A stretch of DNA of 64,000 nucleotides from Angustibacter luteus (lineage in GTDB: Bacteria; Actinomycetota; Actinomycetes; Actinomycetales; Angustibacteraceae). The position numbers were made by a program, and so were the translations under genes. The DNA lies in the NCBI RefSeq assembly GCF_039541115.1, contig NZ_BAABFP010000004.1:1-64000 (forward strand), read 5' to 3'. Positions 48,091 through 58,527 of the stretch are shown piece by piece; position 1 is the first letter of the stretch, and each line of letters starts with the position of its first letter. The notes under the pieces were generated by a model, which was not told where the DNA came from, did not search any database, and saw only the letters and a program-made list of their open reading frames with translations.

Positions 48091-48552
48091 ATGAGCGACA
48101 CCGGGACCACGCCCGCGAACGCGCTGAAGAACGCTCTCCCCGACGGGCTGCCGATCGAGCCGCCCGCCGAGCGCAGCCTCGGCCAGCTCGTCGCCGATGC
48201 CTCGCACGACCTGTCGCGGATCCTGCGCTCCGAGGTGGCCCTGGCGAAGGCCGAGATCAAGGCCGACGTGCAGGCCGCCGCCACCGGCGCCGCGATGTTC
48301 GTCGTCGCGGCCGTCTTCGCCTTCCTCGCCCTCATCCTGCTGCTGATCGCCGCCGCCTACGGCCTGGTCGCCGCCGGCCTCGCGCCGTGGCTGGCGTTCC
48401 TCATCGTGGCCGTCGTGCTGCTGCTCGTCGGGGTGGTGCTGGTGCTCGTCGGGCGCGCGAAGGTGCGTCGGGTCGGGCCACCCGAGCGCACGATCCGGAC
48501 GACGCGCGAGACGGTCGAGGCGCTCAAGGGCGCCGACGCGCCAGCGGAGTGA
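48091..48552 (+). CDS. actinobacterial holin-X (phage holin family) membrane protein
   Basis: ERSLGQLVADAS...EVALAKAE, two TMs, PPERT; AGGAGG RBS. Confidence 0.88.
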   Translation: MSDTGTTPANALKNALPDGLPIEPPAERSLGQLVADASHDLSRILRSEVALAKAEIKADVQAAATGAAMFVVAAVFAFLALILLLIAAAYGLVAAGLAPWLAFLIVAVVLLLVGVVLVLVGRAKVRRVGPPERTIRTTRETVEALKGADAPAE

Positions 48553-49475
48553 CCAGCGTCGACGCCACGCACGTCCTGCACGACGGTCCGTGGCGGCACC
48601 GGTTCGTCTCGGCCAACGGGGCCCGGTTCCACGTGGCGGAGGCCGGGTCCGGGCCGCTCGTCCTGCTGCTGCACGGGTTCCCGCAGATGTGGTGGTGCTG
48701 GCGGCACCAGCTGACGGCACTGGCCGACGCCGGGTATCGCGCGGTGGCCATGGACCTGCGCGGCTACGGGGCCTCCGACAAGCCGCCCCGCGGGTACGAC
48801 ACCCCCAACTTGGCCACGGACGTCGCCGCGGTGATCCGCTCGCTCGGGGCCTCCGACGCCGTGGTCGTCGGGCACGACTGGGGCGGCTGGATCAGCTGGT
48901 CGATGCCCGCACTCGAACCAGAGGTGACTCGGGCCGTCGCGGCGATCTCGATGGCGCACCCGGTGGCGATGCGCCGCGGGGCCGGCGGGCACCGCAGCCA
49001 GGCCGCCGCGAGCCGCTACGTGTGGGGGTTCCAGGTGCCGATCCGCCCGGAGCGCCAGCTCGTGCGCGCCGGCGCGGTGGAGGCGTTGCTGCGCAGGGGG
49101 TCCGGCACGTCGTGGCCAGGCCACGGCGAGGAGGCCGACGCCATCGTGGCGGCGTACACCGACGCCATGCGCGTGCCGTTCGTGGCTCACTCGGCGATGG
49201 AGTACTACCGCTGGGCGGTGCGGTCCACCTGGCGCCGGGACGGGCGGGCGTTCGTCGAGCGGATCGACCGGCCCATCGACGTCCCGGTCCTGCACCTGCA
49301 GGGCGCCCGCGACCCCGCCGTCCTGGCCGAGACGGCCCGGCGGTCGGCGAAGTGGGCGACCGGCGGCTACGAGTACCACGAGGACGACGACGCCGGACAC
49401 TTCCTGCCCGAGGAGCGCCCGGCCGAGGTCAACGCGGCTCTGCTGGACTGGCTGGCTCGCCTGCCCAGCAGCTGA
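48549..49475 (+). CDS. alpha/beta hydrolase (epoxide-hydrolase-like)
   Basis: LLHGFPQ, DLRGYG, VGHDWGG, GHFLPEE. Confidence 0.92.
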   Translation: MTSVDATHVLHDGPWRHRFVSANGARFHVAEAGSGPLVLLLHGFPQMWWCWRHQLTALADAGYRAVAMDLRGYGASDKPPRGYDTPNLATDVAAVIRSLGASDAVVVGHDWGGWISWSMPALEPEVTRAVAAISMAHPVAMRRGAGGHRSQAAASRYVWGFQVPIRPERQLVRAGAVEALLRRGSGTSWPGHGEEADAIVAAYTDAMRVPFVAHSAMEYYRWAVRSTWRRDGRAFVERIDRPIDVPVLHLQGARDPAVLAETARRSAKWATGGYEYHEDDDAGHFLPEERPAEVNAALLDWLARLPSS

Positions 49476-49588
49476 GCTGCTCCCGGATCACCCGAGATGA
49501 GTGCGTCCCGTCGAATGCAGAGAAGTGGGGCACGTGAGGTCCCTCGGGTGCCCCGGTTCTCTGGTCTGGGCGCGCCGGGTCGGGCCTC

Positions 49589-50779
49589 TCAGCCGGCGGC
49601 GCAGTCGCCCGTCGACACCGGCCGGGTCGCGACCAGGCCGCGGGCCAGGACGGCCCGGGACTCCTTCATCGTCAGCGCGTAGCCGGTGCGGTCGTCGTCG
49701 AGGCTCTTGGCGAAGACAGTGCCGACGACGCGGCCCTGCGGGTCCAGCAGCGGACCGCCGGAGTTGCCCGGCTGCACCCGCGCGTAGAGCGAGTAGACCT
49801 CGCGCACCGAGGTCTTCCGGCCGTAGATGTCCTCACCGCGGGCGGTGATCACGTCGCGCACCCGGGCCGCGTCCAGCCGGAACGGACCGTTCAGCGGGAA
49901 GCCCGCCACCACAGCCGTCGCGCCGCGATCCAGGTCGTCGCCCCGCGGCAAGGCCGGCGCATCCAGCCCGGGAACGTCGAGCACGGCGAGGTCGCGCACC
50001 GGGTCGAACACGACGACGGTGGCCTGCCGCCGGGCCCCGACCCCACCGACCTGCACGGTCGGACGCCGGACGCCGGCCACCACGTGCGCGTTGGTCACCA
50101 CCACGTCGTCGGCCAGCACCCAGCCGCTGCCCTCCTGCGACCGCGAGCACGCCTGGGCGTCACCGGTGATCTTCACGACACTGCGGGCCGCCCGACGCAC
50201 GCCGGCCGTCTGACCAGCCGTCGCGTCCGGCGGCTGCACCGGACGGATCAGCTCCGGCCCGAGCCCCTCGAACACCCGGGGGAAGCCCTCGGCGTCCAGC
50301 AGCGACCGGAAGCCGGCGAAGACCCGCCCGGTCTGCGACGGCACCACCCCGTCGATCGCCGCGACGATGTGCGAGCGACCGACCGCCCGGGACAGCTGCT
50401 CCGACGGGCCGCCTCGAACGGCCCCTGCGATCAGCGACACCAGCAGTGCCACAGCGAGCACGCTGGCCACCGCGCCGAGCGCGGAGTCGACCTTGCGGGC
50501 CGGCGCCGCCGTCACCTGGTTGCGCAGGCGGGCGCCGATGGCCGAGCCCACGGCCTGGCCGAGGACCGCCGCGAGCACGACGCCGACGAGCAGCAGCAGC
50601 GCCCGGCTGGTCTGGGACGCCGACGTGAACGACCGGTCGAGCAGCTGCGGCAGCGCCCACATCGCGAGGACGGCGCCCCCGACGAAGCCGGCCAGCGAGC
50701 AGAACCCGACGAGCGCGCCGTGGCGGTACCCGGCGAAGGCGTAGGCGATCAGCACGACCGCCAGGAGGACGTCGATCAC
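49589..50779 (-). CDS. marP: MarP-family membrane serine protease
   Basis: CvpA-like TMs followed by a trypsin-like domain with TNAHVV, DLAVL, PGNSGGP. Confidence 0.92.
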   Translation of the reverse strand: MIDVLLAVVLIAYAFAGYRHGALVGFCSLAGFVGGAVLAMWALPQLLDRSFTSASQTSRALLLLVGVVLAAVLGQAVGSAIGARLRNQVTAAPARKVDSALGAVASVLAVALLVSLIAGAVRGGPSEQLSRAVGRSHIVAAIDGVVPSQTGRVFAGFRSLLDAEGFPRVFEGLGPELIRPVQPPDATAGQTAGVRRAARSVVKITGDAQACSRSQEGSGWVLADDVVVTNAHVVAGVRRPTVQVGGVGARRQATVVVFDPVRDLAVLDVPGLDAPALPRGDDLDRGATAVVAGFPLNGPFRLDAARVRDVITARGEDIYGRKTSVREVYSLYARVQPGNSGGPLLDPQGRVVGTVFAKSLDDDRTGYALTMKESRAVLARGLVATRPVSTGDCAAG

Positions 50780-51435
50780 GGGAGCAGCGCCAGCACGTCC
50801 GGGGGCAGGTCGACGACGCGCCGGCGGTCCCACGGGTGCTCCAGCCCAGCGAGGGCGAGCACCCGGGCGAGCAGGCCGGCCGTGAAACCCCAGACGAACA
50901 GGCCGCGCACCGTGAAGGCCGGGCCGACAAAGCCGCTCGGGTGCCGGGTGGTGACCCGGTTGGCCGGGTCGAGCAGCTCGACGAGGGGCACCCGGACCAC
51001 CCGCGCCACCTCGGCCTCGTCGACCGCGGACACCGGGGACGACGTCCGCCAGTACGCCAGCACGGGCGTGACGACGAACCCGCTGGGCGGCAGGAAGAGG
51101 GCGGGCAGCTCACCGAGCACCTCCACCCCGTCGGCATGCAGGCCGGTCTCCTCCACCGCTTCACGGACGGCGCACTCGGCCGGCCCAGCGTCCGTGGGGT
51201 CGAGCGAGCCGCCCGGGAACGACACCTGGCCGGGGTGCGAGCGCAGCGAGTCGGCGCGCTGGGTGAGCAGGACGTCAGGGCGGCCCTCGTCGTCGACGCC
51301 GAACAGCATCAGGACGGCGGACGGGCGGCCCCCGTCCTCCGGCGGCAGGAACCGGGACAGGTCCTCGGGGCGCGCCGACGCCGGCACCGCGGCCAGCCGC
51401 TCGAGCCAGTCCGCCGCGAGGACGACGGCGCTCAC
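50776..51435 (-). CDS. CoA pyrophosphatase (Nudix)
   Basis: [35 protein letters not shown]. Confidence 0.92.
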   Translation of the reverse strand: MSAVVLAADWLERLAAVPASARPEDLSRFLPPEDGGRPSAVLMLFGVDDEGRPDVLLTQRADSLRSHPGQVSFPGGSLDPTDAGPAECAVREAVEETGLHADGVEVLGELPALFLPPSGFVVTPVLAYWRTSSPVSAVDEAEVARVVRVPLVELLDPANRVTTRHPSGFVGPAFTVRGLFVWGFTAGLLARVLALAGLEHPWDRRRVVDLPPDVLALLP

Positions 51436-52157
51436 GCCGACGCCTCGGCGGCGCGCTCGTACTTGAGCAGCTTGCGCGCCTTGACCGGGTCGGTCTCGCC
51501 GTCGCCGTAGGAGGGGCAGAGCCGCGCGATCGGGCAGGCGCCGCAGGCGGGCTTCTTGGCATGGCAGGTCCGGCGGCCGTGAAAGATCAGGACGTGGGAC
51601 AGCATCGTCCAGTCCTTGCGCGGGAACAGGGCACCCACCTGGTGCTCGACCTTGACGGGGTCCGACTCCGCCGTCCAGCCGAAACGGCGGACGAGTCGCC
51701 CGAAGTGCGTGTCCACGGTGATGCCCGGGATGCCGAAAGCGTTGCCCAGCACCACGTTCGCGGTCTTTCGACCTACTCCGGGCAAGGTGACCAGATCGGC
51801 CAGCCGCGGCGGCACCTCACCGTCGAACCGCTCGACCAGGGCGGCGCCGAGCTTCATCACGGAGTTCGTCTTGGCCCGGAAGAAGCCGGTCGGCTTGAGC
51901 AGCTCCTCCATCTCGACGCGGTCCGCACCGGCCAGCGCGGCGGCGTCCGGGTACCGCGCGAACAGGGTCGGTGTGACCTTGTTCACCATCACGTCGGTGG
52001 TCTGCGCCGACAGCACCGTGGCCACCAGGAGCTGCAGCGGCGACTCGAAATCCAGCTCGCAGTGGGCATACGGGTACAGGTCGTGCAGGTCGCGGTACAT
52101 GCGCCGCGCCCGGCGGGTCAGGGCGACCGGCGAGGGGTCGGCGAGGGCGGCAGGCAC
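51432..52157 (-). CDS. nth: endonuclease III
   Basis: [24 protein letters not shown]6-C-X2-C-X5-C. Confidence 0.96.
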   Translation of the reverse strand: MPAALADPSPVALTRRARRMYRDLHDLYPYAHCELDFESPLQLLVATVLSAQTTDVMVNKVTPTLFARYPDAAALAGADRVEMEELLKPTGFFRAKTNSVMKLGAALVERFDGEVPPRLADLVTLPGVGRKTANVVLGNAFGIPGITVDTHFGRLVRRFGWTAESDPVKVEHQVGALFPRKDWTMLSHVLIFHGRRTCHAKKPACGACPIARLCPSYGDGETDPVKARKLLKYERAAEASA

Positions 52158-52263
52158 GGACCCAGCGTACGTGGCGATGCTGACAGCGCCGTCCGATGAT
52201 CCGGAAGGGTGAGTGCCGCCGCTCCCGGCTCAAGCGAGCCCAGCCGGCGACGAGAACCCTGCT

Positions 52264-52611
52264 GTGACCGACCCATCCCTGCACTCCCTCGACGACCTGC
52301 GAAGTGAACGTCGGCTGCTCGTCGAACACGTGGCGAACCTGTCCTGGCTGCGCCGGCTGGTCGTCGCCCGGTCCGACCTCGAGGTCGCACGGATGACCGG
52401 ACTGGCCGAGGGCGTGGACCGGCTGGAGCCCGTGGTGCGCGAGGCGCTCGAGCTCGGCACGGTCGCCGGCCCCGAGCTGCTGCAGGCGCTGTCCCGGACG
52501 AGTCGCACGCTGCACGACGAGTCCGACGTCGCCCGCTCCCGGCTCGATGCCGTGACCGACGCCCTGGTCGCCCAGCTGGCCGTCGACCCGACCCGCTGCC
52601 TGGCCGGCTGA
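52264..52611 (+). CDS. small helical protein, RsiG-like single repeat (degenerate)
   Basis: LSWLRRLVVARSDL resembles the RsiG/AmfC segment S-Y-x-R-R-L-x-Q-G-R-x-D; ends LVAQLAVDP. Confidence 0.55.
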   Translation: MTDPSLHSLDDLRSERRLLVEHVANLSWLRRLVVARSDLEVARMTGLAEGVDRLEPVVREALELGTVAGPELLQALSRTSRTLHDESDVARSRLDAVTDALVAQLAVDPTRCLAG

Positions 52612-52643
52612 CGAGCCCTCACCGCCCCGACCCGCCCGCGGTT

Positions 52644-52659
52644 CGTGTCGCACGTCACA
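52644..52659. promoter_or_regulatory. candidate CRP autoregulatory site
   Basis: CGTGT-CGCACG-TCACA about 45 bp upstream of crp. Confidence 0.55.
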
Positions 52660-52703
52660 GTAAGGCAGACTGCCTTCGTTACGTGCCGTGCGAAGGAGAG
52701 ATC

Positions 52704-53381
52704 GTGGACGACGACATCGTGCGCAGCGCACCGCTGTTCGCGGCGCTTGACGAGCAGGCGGCCGCCTCGCTGCGGGAGTCCATGGTCGAGGTCGCCCTGG
52801 GCCGTTCCGAGACCCTCTTCGACGAGGGTGAGCGGGGCGACAAGCTGTACGTCATCGTCGAGGGCAAGATCAAGCTCGGCCGGACCAGCAACGACGGCCG
52901 CGAGAACCTGCTGGCGATCCTCGGGCCGGGCGAGATGTTCGGCGAGCTCAGCCTGTTCGACCCCGGCCCTCGCACGGCCACCGCGACCTCCGTGGGCGAC
53001 AGCCGGCTGATCGGCTTGGGCAACGACGCCTTCGAACCGTGGCTGCTGCAGCACCCCGAGGTGGCCCAGACCCTGCTCCGGGCGCTGGCCCGTCGCCTGC
53101 GCCGCACCAACGAGACCCTCGCCGACCTCGTCTTCACCGACGTGCCCGGCCGCGTCGCCAAGGCCCTGCTGGACCTGTCGACCCGCTTCGGGCGTCCCGC
53201 GGACGACGGCATCCTGGTCGCGCACGAGCTCACCCAGGAGGAGCTGGCCCAGCTGGTCGGCGCCTCCCGCGAGACGGTCAACAAGGCGCTGGCCGACTTC
53301 GCCACCCGCGGCTGGTTGCGGCTCGAGGCCCGGGCCGTCGTCCTGCTCGACATCGAGCGGTTGAAGCGCCGGGCGCGGTAG
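52704..53381 (+). CDS. crp: cAMP receptor protein (Crp/GlxR)
   Basis: GELSLFDPGPRTATA, LTQEELAQLVGASRETVNKAL; AAGGAG RBS; divergent from nth. Confidence 0.96.
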   Translation: MDDDIVRSAPLFAALDEQAAASLRESMVEVALGRSETLFDEGERGDKLYVIVEGKIKLGRTSNDGRENLLAILGPGEMFGELSLFDPGPRTATATSVGDSRLIGLGNDAFEPWLLQHPEVAQTLLRALARRLRRTNETLADLVFTDVPGRVAKALLDLSTRFGRPADDGILVAHELTQEELAQLVGASRETVNKALADFATRGWLRLEARAVVLLDIERLKRRAR

Positions 53382-53469
53382 CCACGCGCGGCGGCCGGTG
53401 CGCTGCGCCGACCGTTGGATCGTTCGAGAAGATCGTTCATGTCCGCGGTCGCGCTGCCGATAGGTCGTC

Positions 53470-55452
53470 ATGCAGATCGGACGGCGTCAACGCGCGGGCT
53501 CACGCCTGTTCGTCGTCTACGCGATCGCCAGCTTCGTCCCCCTCGCCGTGCTCGGCGCGGCCCTGCTGCACGGGTACCAGGACCAGGGCGCGGCCCGCGG
53601 TCGTGACCAGGGGCGCGCGCAGGCCGCGGTCATCGAGGAGATGGCCGTCGCCCCGGCGCTGAGCGGCGCCGACCTGTCCACCGGACTCACCGGGGCCGAA
53701 CGGGAACGGCTGCAGGCCGCCACCGACCTCGCCATCTTCAACGGCTCCGTGGCCCGGCTGCGGCTGCGCAGCTTCGACGGGGCGGTGCCGTTCTCCGACG
53801 ACGGCTCCCGGGACGGCGCGGTGCCCGTCGAGGACGAGGCGTTCCAGCGCGCCGCGCACGGACACGTCGACGTCCGGCTGGTCGACGACCCCGAGCAGGC
53901 CACGGACGTGACGGTGCGGGTGCTGCAGCCGATCGTCGCCGCCTCCAGCGGCCAGGCGACCGGCGTCCTGGAGGTCTACCTGCCCTACGGCGAGATCGCC
54001 CGGGCGGTCGAGGCCGACGGCCGGCGGACCGTGTGGAAGGTGGGCGGCGGCCTCGTCGTCCTCTACGCCGTGCTCGCCCTCATCTCCTGGTGGACCACCC
54101 GTGCGCTGCGCCGGCACGCCGCCGCGCACGAGCACCAGGCCCTGCACGACGCCCTGACCGGGCTGCCGAACCGGCTGATGTTCCGCCGTCGGGCCGAGGC
54201 CGCGCTGGCCCGTGGCCGCAAGGGTGACGGCGGCGCGCTGGTGCTGGTCGACCTCGACCACTTCAAGGAAGTCAACGACACCCTCGGCCACCACGCCGGC
54301 GACGAGCTGCTGCGGGTGGTCGCCCAGCGGCTGCGCGACCAGCTGCGCACCGACGACACCGTCGCGCGGCTAGGCGGCGACGAGTTCGGCCTGGTGCTGC
54401 CCGGCAACACCGACCGGGCCGCCACGGTGGCCCTGCTCGGCCGGATCCGCACCGAGCTGGCTCGCGAGATCGTCATCGGCACCGTGTCCCTGCACGTGGT
54501 CGCCAGCTTCGGCGTCTGCTTCTACCCGGACGACGCGGGCGACCTGGAGTCGCTGATCCAGCACGCGGACACCGCCATGTACCAGGGCAAGCACGGCCCG
54601 ACCGGCGTGATCGTCTACGAGCCGGACTCGGCCCAGCACCCGAACCACTCGCTCGTCGTCCAGGCCGAGCTGCGGCACGCGCTCGAGCGCGACGAGCTCG
54701 TCCTGCACTACCAGCCCAAGCTCGAGCTCGGCTCGGGCGAGGTGCACGGCGTCGAGGCGCTGGTGCGCTGGCAGCACCCCGAGCGCGGCCTGCTGCCGCC
54801 GTCGGAGTTCCTGCCGGTGGCCGAGCGCTCGGACCTCATCGAGCCCCTCACCACCTGGGTGCTGCGCCGCGCGCTGCGCGACCAGCAGGAGTGGACGGCG
54901 CAGGGCCTGGACTGGACCGTCGCGGTGAACATCTCGGCGCGCAACCTCTCCTCCCTGGACTTCGCCCGGACCGTAGGAGGCCTGGTCAGCGAGTCCGGCG
55001 TCCACCCGGACCGGCTGCACCTGGAGGTCACCGAGACGGCACTGGCGTTCGACGCCGACGCCGCAGCCGAGGTCGTGCACGCGCTGGCCGCCCAGGGGCT
55101 CTCGATCTCGGTCGACGACTTCGGCATCGGCTACACCAGCCTGTCCCAGCTGCGCTCGCTCGCCGTGTCCGAGGTGAAGATCGACCGCACGTTCGTCGCC
55201 GGACTGTCGGACAACGAGCAGGACCGGGCGATCGTCGGCTCGGTGATCGGACTGGGCCACAGCCTGGGCTGCATGGTCACCGCCGAGGGCGTCGAGACCC
55301 AGGACGTCGCCGACTGGCTGCAGGACGCCGGGTGCGACCGCGCGCAGGGCTTCCTGTGGATGCGACCGGCGCCCTGGACCCAGGTCGCCACGGCACTGCA
55401 GAACAGGGAGCCGGTCTCCGCCGGTTCGTCCGACGAGAGGTCTGCCCGATGA
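53470..55452 (+). CDS. two-TM diguanylate cyclase/phosphodiesterase (GGDEF-EAL) with an extracellular domain
   Basis: HDALTGLPNR, RTDD I-site, RLGGDEF, EALVRW, DDFGIGY, AEGVE. Confidence 0.94.
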   Translation: MQIGRRQRAGSRLFVVYAIASFVPLAVLGAALLHGYQDQGAARGRDQGRAQAAVIEEMAVAPALSGADLSTGLTGAERERLQAATDLAIFNGSVARLRLRSFDGAVPFSDDGSRDGAVPVEDEAFQRAAHGHVDVRLVDDPEQATDVTVRVLQPIVAASSGQATGVLEVYLPYGEIARAVEADGRRTVWKVGGGLVVLYAVLALISWWTTRALRRHAAAHEHQALHDALTGLPNRLMFRRRAEAALARGRKGDGGALVLVDLDHFKEVNDTLGHHAGDELLRVVAQRLRDQLRTDDTVARLGGDEFGLVLPGNTDRAATVALLGRIRTELAREIVIGTVSLHVVASFGVCFYPDDAGDLESLIQHADTAMYQGKHGPTGVIVYEPDSAQHPNHSLVVQAELRHALERDELVLHYQPKLELGSGEVHGVEALVRWQHPERGLLPPSEFLPVAERSDLIEPLTTWVLRRALRDQQEWTAQGLDWTVAVNISARNLSSLDFARTVGGLVSESGVHPDRLHLEVTETALAFDADAAAEVVHALAAQGLSISVDDFGIGYTSLSQLRSLAVSEVKIDRTFVAGLSDNEQDRAIVGSVIGLGHSLGCMVTAEGVETQDVADWLQDAGCDRAQGFLWMRPAPWTQVATALQNREPVSAGSSDERSAR

Positions 55453-56366
55453 CCACCACCGCGCGCCGCCGGCGCACCGGCACCGCCGTGCTGGCCGTGG
55501 CCGCAGCCCTGGTCGCCGTGTGCGCCAGCGCCTGCGGGACGAGCCAGCCCACCGCGAAGACGGCCGGCTCGAACGTCAAGCCGACCCTCGACCGGTCACT
55601 GAACAGCCTGCTGCCGGCGGCCGTGCGGGACGCCGGAGTGCTGCGGGTCGGCACGGACGCGTCGTACGCGCCGATGTCGTTCTTCGGTCCGGACGGGCGC
55701 ACCATCGTGGGCATGGAACCCGACCTGGGCTACGCCATCGGCCAGGTCCTCGGCGTGCGTCTGGAGTTCATCCGGACCGACTTCACGGACATCCTCCCCG
55801 AGGTCCAGAACGGCCAGCTGGACGTCGGGATGTCGGCGATGACCGACACCGCCGAGCGCGAGAAGCAGGTCGACTTCGTCAACTACCTGAGCGCCGGCAC
55901 CTCGATCGTCGTGCAGCGCGGCAACCCGTCGGGCGTCACGGACCTGAAGGACCTGTGCGGCAAGAAGGTCGCGCTGGAGAAGGGGACGATCCAGGTCGAC
56001 CTGGTCAAGCGGTCCCAGCGCAGCTGCGGCGGCGTGCCGATCGTGCTGTCGACGTACGCGACCAACTCGGACGCCCTCGTCCAGCTGCGCACCGGCCGCG
56101 CCGTCGCGGTGCTGAACGACTTCGCACCGGCCGCCTACCTGACCACGGACGCGCGCACCAAGGCGCACTACCAGCTCGCCTCGACGAACCAGTACGAGCC
56201 GGGGCAGTACGGGATGGCGGTCAACAAGAACCAGCCCGCGATCCGGGACGCCATCGCCGGGGCGCTGGATGCGTTGAACCGCAACGGCTCCTACCTGGGC
56301 GTCCTGGACCACTGGGGAGTCGCCGGCGGCGCCATGGACGACGTCACGGTCAACTCCGGCCGCTGA
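55449..56366 (+). CDS. family-3 (polar amino acid) solute-binding lipoprotein
   Basis: Basic N-terminus and lipobox ASAC; LRVGTDASYAP, SAMTDTAEREKQVDF; ATGA overlap with the GGDEF-EAL gene. Confidence 0.92.
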   Translation: MTTTARRRRTGTAVLAVAAALVAVCASACGTSQPTAKTAGSNVKPTLDRSLNSLLPAAVRDAGVLRVGTDASYAPMSFFGPDGRTIVGMEPDLGYAIGQVLGVRLEFIRTDFTDILPEVQNGQLDVGMSAMTDTAEREKQVDFVNYLSAGTSIVVQRGNPSGVTDLKDLCGKKVALEKGTIQVDLVKRSQRSCGGVPIVLSTYATNSDALVQLRTGRAVAVLNDFAPAAYLTTDARTKAHYQLASTNQYEPGQYGMAVNKNQPAIRDAIAGALDALNRNGSYLGVLDHWGVAGGAMDDVTVNSGR

Positions 56367-57165
56367 GGTACTCCAGCTGGGCCCGCACGGACAGCTCGGC
56401 GGCCGGCCACAGGGCCCGGTCGACGTCCGCGTAGACCCGCTCGACGACCTCACGAGGCGTGCGGTCCCCGGCCTCGAGCGCAGCGCTGACCTGCGCCAGC
56501 CGGCTCTGCCGGTGCGCGAGGTACGCCCGGACGACGGCACCGGCGTCGGCCAGGACCGGCCCGTGCCCGGGCAGCACGGTGTGCACGGCGCCTGAGTCGG
56601 CCAGGGATCCCAGGCGCTGCAACGACTCCAGGTAGTCCTCGAGCCGTCCGTCCGGGTGGGCGACGACGGTGGTCCCGCGTCCCAGCACGGTGTCGCCGGT
56701 CAGCACCGCACTGTCCGCCGGCAGCAGGAACGACAGCGAGTCGCTCGTGTGCCCGGGGGTGGCGACGACCTGCACGTCGAGGTCATCGGCGTGGACGACG
56801 TCCCCCTCGCCCAACCCCTCGGACCCGCTGCGCTGCAACGGGTCCAGGGCCAGCACCGGAGCGTCGCTGAGCTCGGCGAAGCGTCGAGCACCGGCACTGT
56901 GGTCCAGGTGGGCGTGGGTGAGCAGCACCTTCGCGACCTGCGCGCCACGCGATCGGACGGCTGTCAGGACGGCCTGCAGGTGGCCCTCGTCGTCCGGACC
57001 GGGATCCACCACCAGTGCGGTCGAGGCGCCGGGTTCGTGCAGCACCCACGTGTTGGTGCCGTCCAGGGTCATCGGTGAAGGGTTCGGCGCCAGCACGCAC
57101 AGCGCGCGGGGCGACGCCGCACCGCCGTGCCAGTCACCCGAGGGCGTTCCGAGCAGTCCGGTCAC
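56350..57165 (-). CDS. MBL-fold metallo-hydrolase
   Basis: APNPSPMTLDGTNTW, THAHLDH, PGHTSD, PGHG. Confidence 0.92.
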   Translation of the reverse strand: MTGLLGTPSGDWHGGAASPRALCVLAPNPSPMTLDGTNTWVLHEPGASTALVVDPGPDDEGHLQAVLTAVRSRGAQVAKVLLTHAHLDHSAGARRFAELSDAPVLALDPLQRSGSEGLGEGDVVHADDLDVQVVATPGHTSDSLSFLLPADSAVLTGDTVLGRGTTVVAHPDGRLEDYLESLQRLGSLADSGAVHTVLPGHGPVLADAGAVVRAYLAHRQSRLAQVSAALEAGDRTPREVVERVYADVDRALWPAAELSVRAQLEYLSGRS

Positions 57166-58040
57166 GGCCGGTCCTCCAGCCCACCGGCGGGGCCGGGCCG
57201 GCCGCCACCCTCGCCGTCCAGGTCGACCTCGATGGCCAGGCCGTCGCCGGTGCGCACCAACCACGGCATCACCAGGCTCAGCTGACGCTGCCGGGCGAGC
57301 AGCGCCGCGACGTCCGGCGCCTGGGCGACGTCCTCGAGCGTGACGAGCGTCGGCGGCATCATGGCGAGCGTCCCGTCACCGCCACCGGTCGCTGCCGTCC
57401 CGGCGTCGAGCCACTCGGCGTGGTCCGCCTCGCCACCGACCTCGCGGGCCCGCTGACCGGTCGGCAGGGCAGCGACGAAGAACCAGGTGTCGTACCGGCG
57501 CGGCTCGAAGACCGGTGTGCACCAACGACTCCAGGCGGTCAGCAGGTCAGTACGCAGGGTCAGTGAGCGCCGGGTGAGCAGCTCGGACAGCGCGAGGCTG
57601 CGGTCCAGCAGGGCGAGCCGGTCGGCCTCCCAGCTGTCGTCCGAGAGGTCCGCGACCACGTCGTCCGGACCCGCCCCCGCCAGCAGCACGCCGCACTCCT
57701 CGAACAGCTCGCGGACGGCGGCGCAGACCAACCCCGCGGCGTCCGGCTCGTCGACGCCCAGTCGCTCGGCCCACGCGCTCAGCGGCGGTCCGCTCCAGGG
57801 CACGGCCGGGTCGCAGTCGCGCGGGTCGACCCCGCCACCGGGGAACACGTGCATGGAGGCGGCGAACGCCATCGTCGACGTCCGGCGCATGAGGAACGCC
57901 TGCGGTCCGGCTGCGGCGTCGCGCACCAGGACGACCGTGGCGGCCCGGCGCGGGGCCGCCGGCTCGACGGCACCGTCGACGGCCGCGAAGGCGACCGCGT
58001 GGTCCCCGATCCGCGAGGTGAGGGCGAACGATCGCCGCAT
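57162..58040 (-). CDS. Nudix hydrolase
   Basis: VFPGGGVD, AAVRELFEECG, RRYDTWFF. Confidence 0.9.
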   Translation of the reverse strand: MRRSFALTSRIGDHAVAFAAVDGAVEPAAPRRAATVVLVRDAAAGPQAFLMRRTSTMAFAASMHVFPGGGVDPRDCDPAVPWSGPPLSAWAERLGVDEPDAAGLVCAAVRELFEECGVLLAGAGPDDVVADLSDDSWEADRLALLDRSLALSELLTRRSLTLRTDLLTAWSRWCTPVFEPRRYDTWFFVAALPTGQRAREVGGEADHAEWLDAGTAATGGGDGTLAMMPPTLVTLEDVAQAPDVAALLARQRQLSLVMPWLVRTGDGLAIEVDLDGEGGGRPGPAGGLEDRP

Positions 58041-58042
58041 GC

Positions 58043-58525
58043 TCAGCGCACCCGGACGGTGATCTCCACCTCGACCGGGGCGTCCAGCGGCAGGACCGCG
58101 ACGCCCACCGCGCTGCGGGCGTGGATCCCGGCGTCGCCGAAGGCCTGGCCGAGCAGCTCGCTGGCCCCGTTGACCACACCGGGCTGGCCGGTGAACGCCG
58201 GGTCGCTGGCCACGAAACCGACGACCTTGACGACCCGCTCGACCAGGTCGAGGTCGCCGATCGCCGACTTCACCGCGGCCAGCGCGTTCAGCGCGCAGGT
58301 GCGGGCGAGGTCCTTGGCGTCCTCGGGGGACACGAGCCCGTCGCCCTCGCCCACCTTGCCGGTCGCGGCGAGCTGGCCACCCACCATGGGCAGCTGTCCC
58401 GACGTCCAGACCAGCGCGCCGTCCCGGACGGCGGGCACGTAGACGGCGACCGGCGGGGCGACGTCCGGCACGGTCAGGCCGAGCTCCGCCAGTCGCTGCT
58501 CGACGGCTCCCTGCGCGTCCGACAT
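58043..58525 (-). CDS. RidA family protein
   Basis: [33 protein letters not shown]. Confidence 0.92.
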   Translation of the reverse strand: MSDAQGAVEQRLAELGLTVPDVAPPVAVYVPAVRDGALVWTSGQLPMVGGQLAATGKVGEGDGLVSPEDAKDLARTCALNALAAVKSAIGDLDLVERVVKVVGFVASDPAFTGQPGVVNGASELLGQAFGDAGIHARSAVGVAVLPLDAPVEVEITVRVR

Positions 58526-58527
58526 CG

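Noticed and set aside
48091..48552. Phage holin family gene as evidence of a prophage
   Set aside because: Conserved chromosomal neighbour of nhaA and the hydrolase in actinomycetes; no phage genes nearby.
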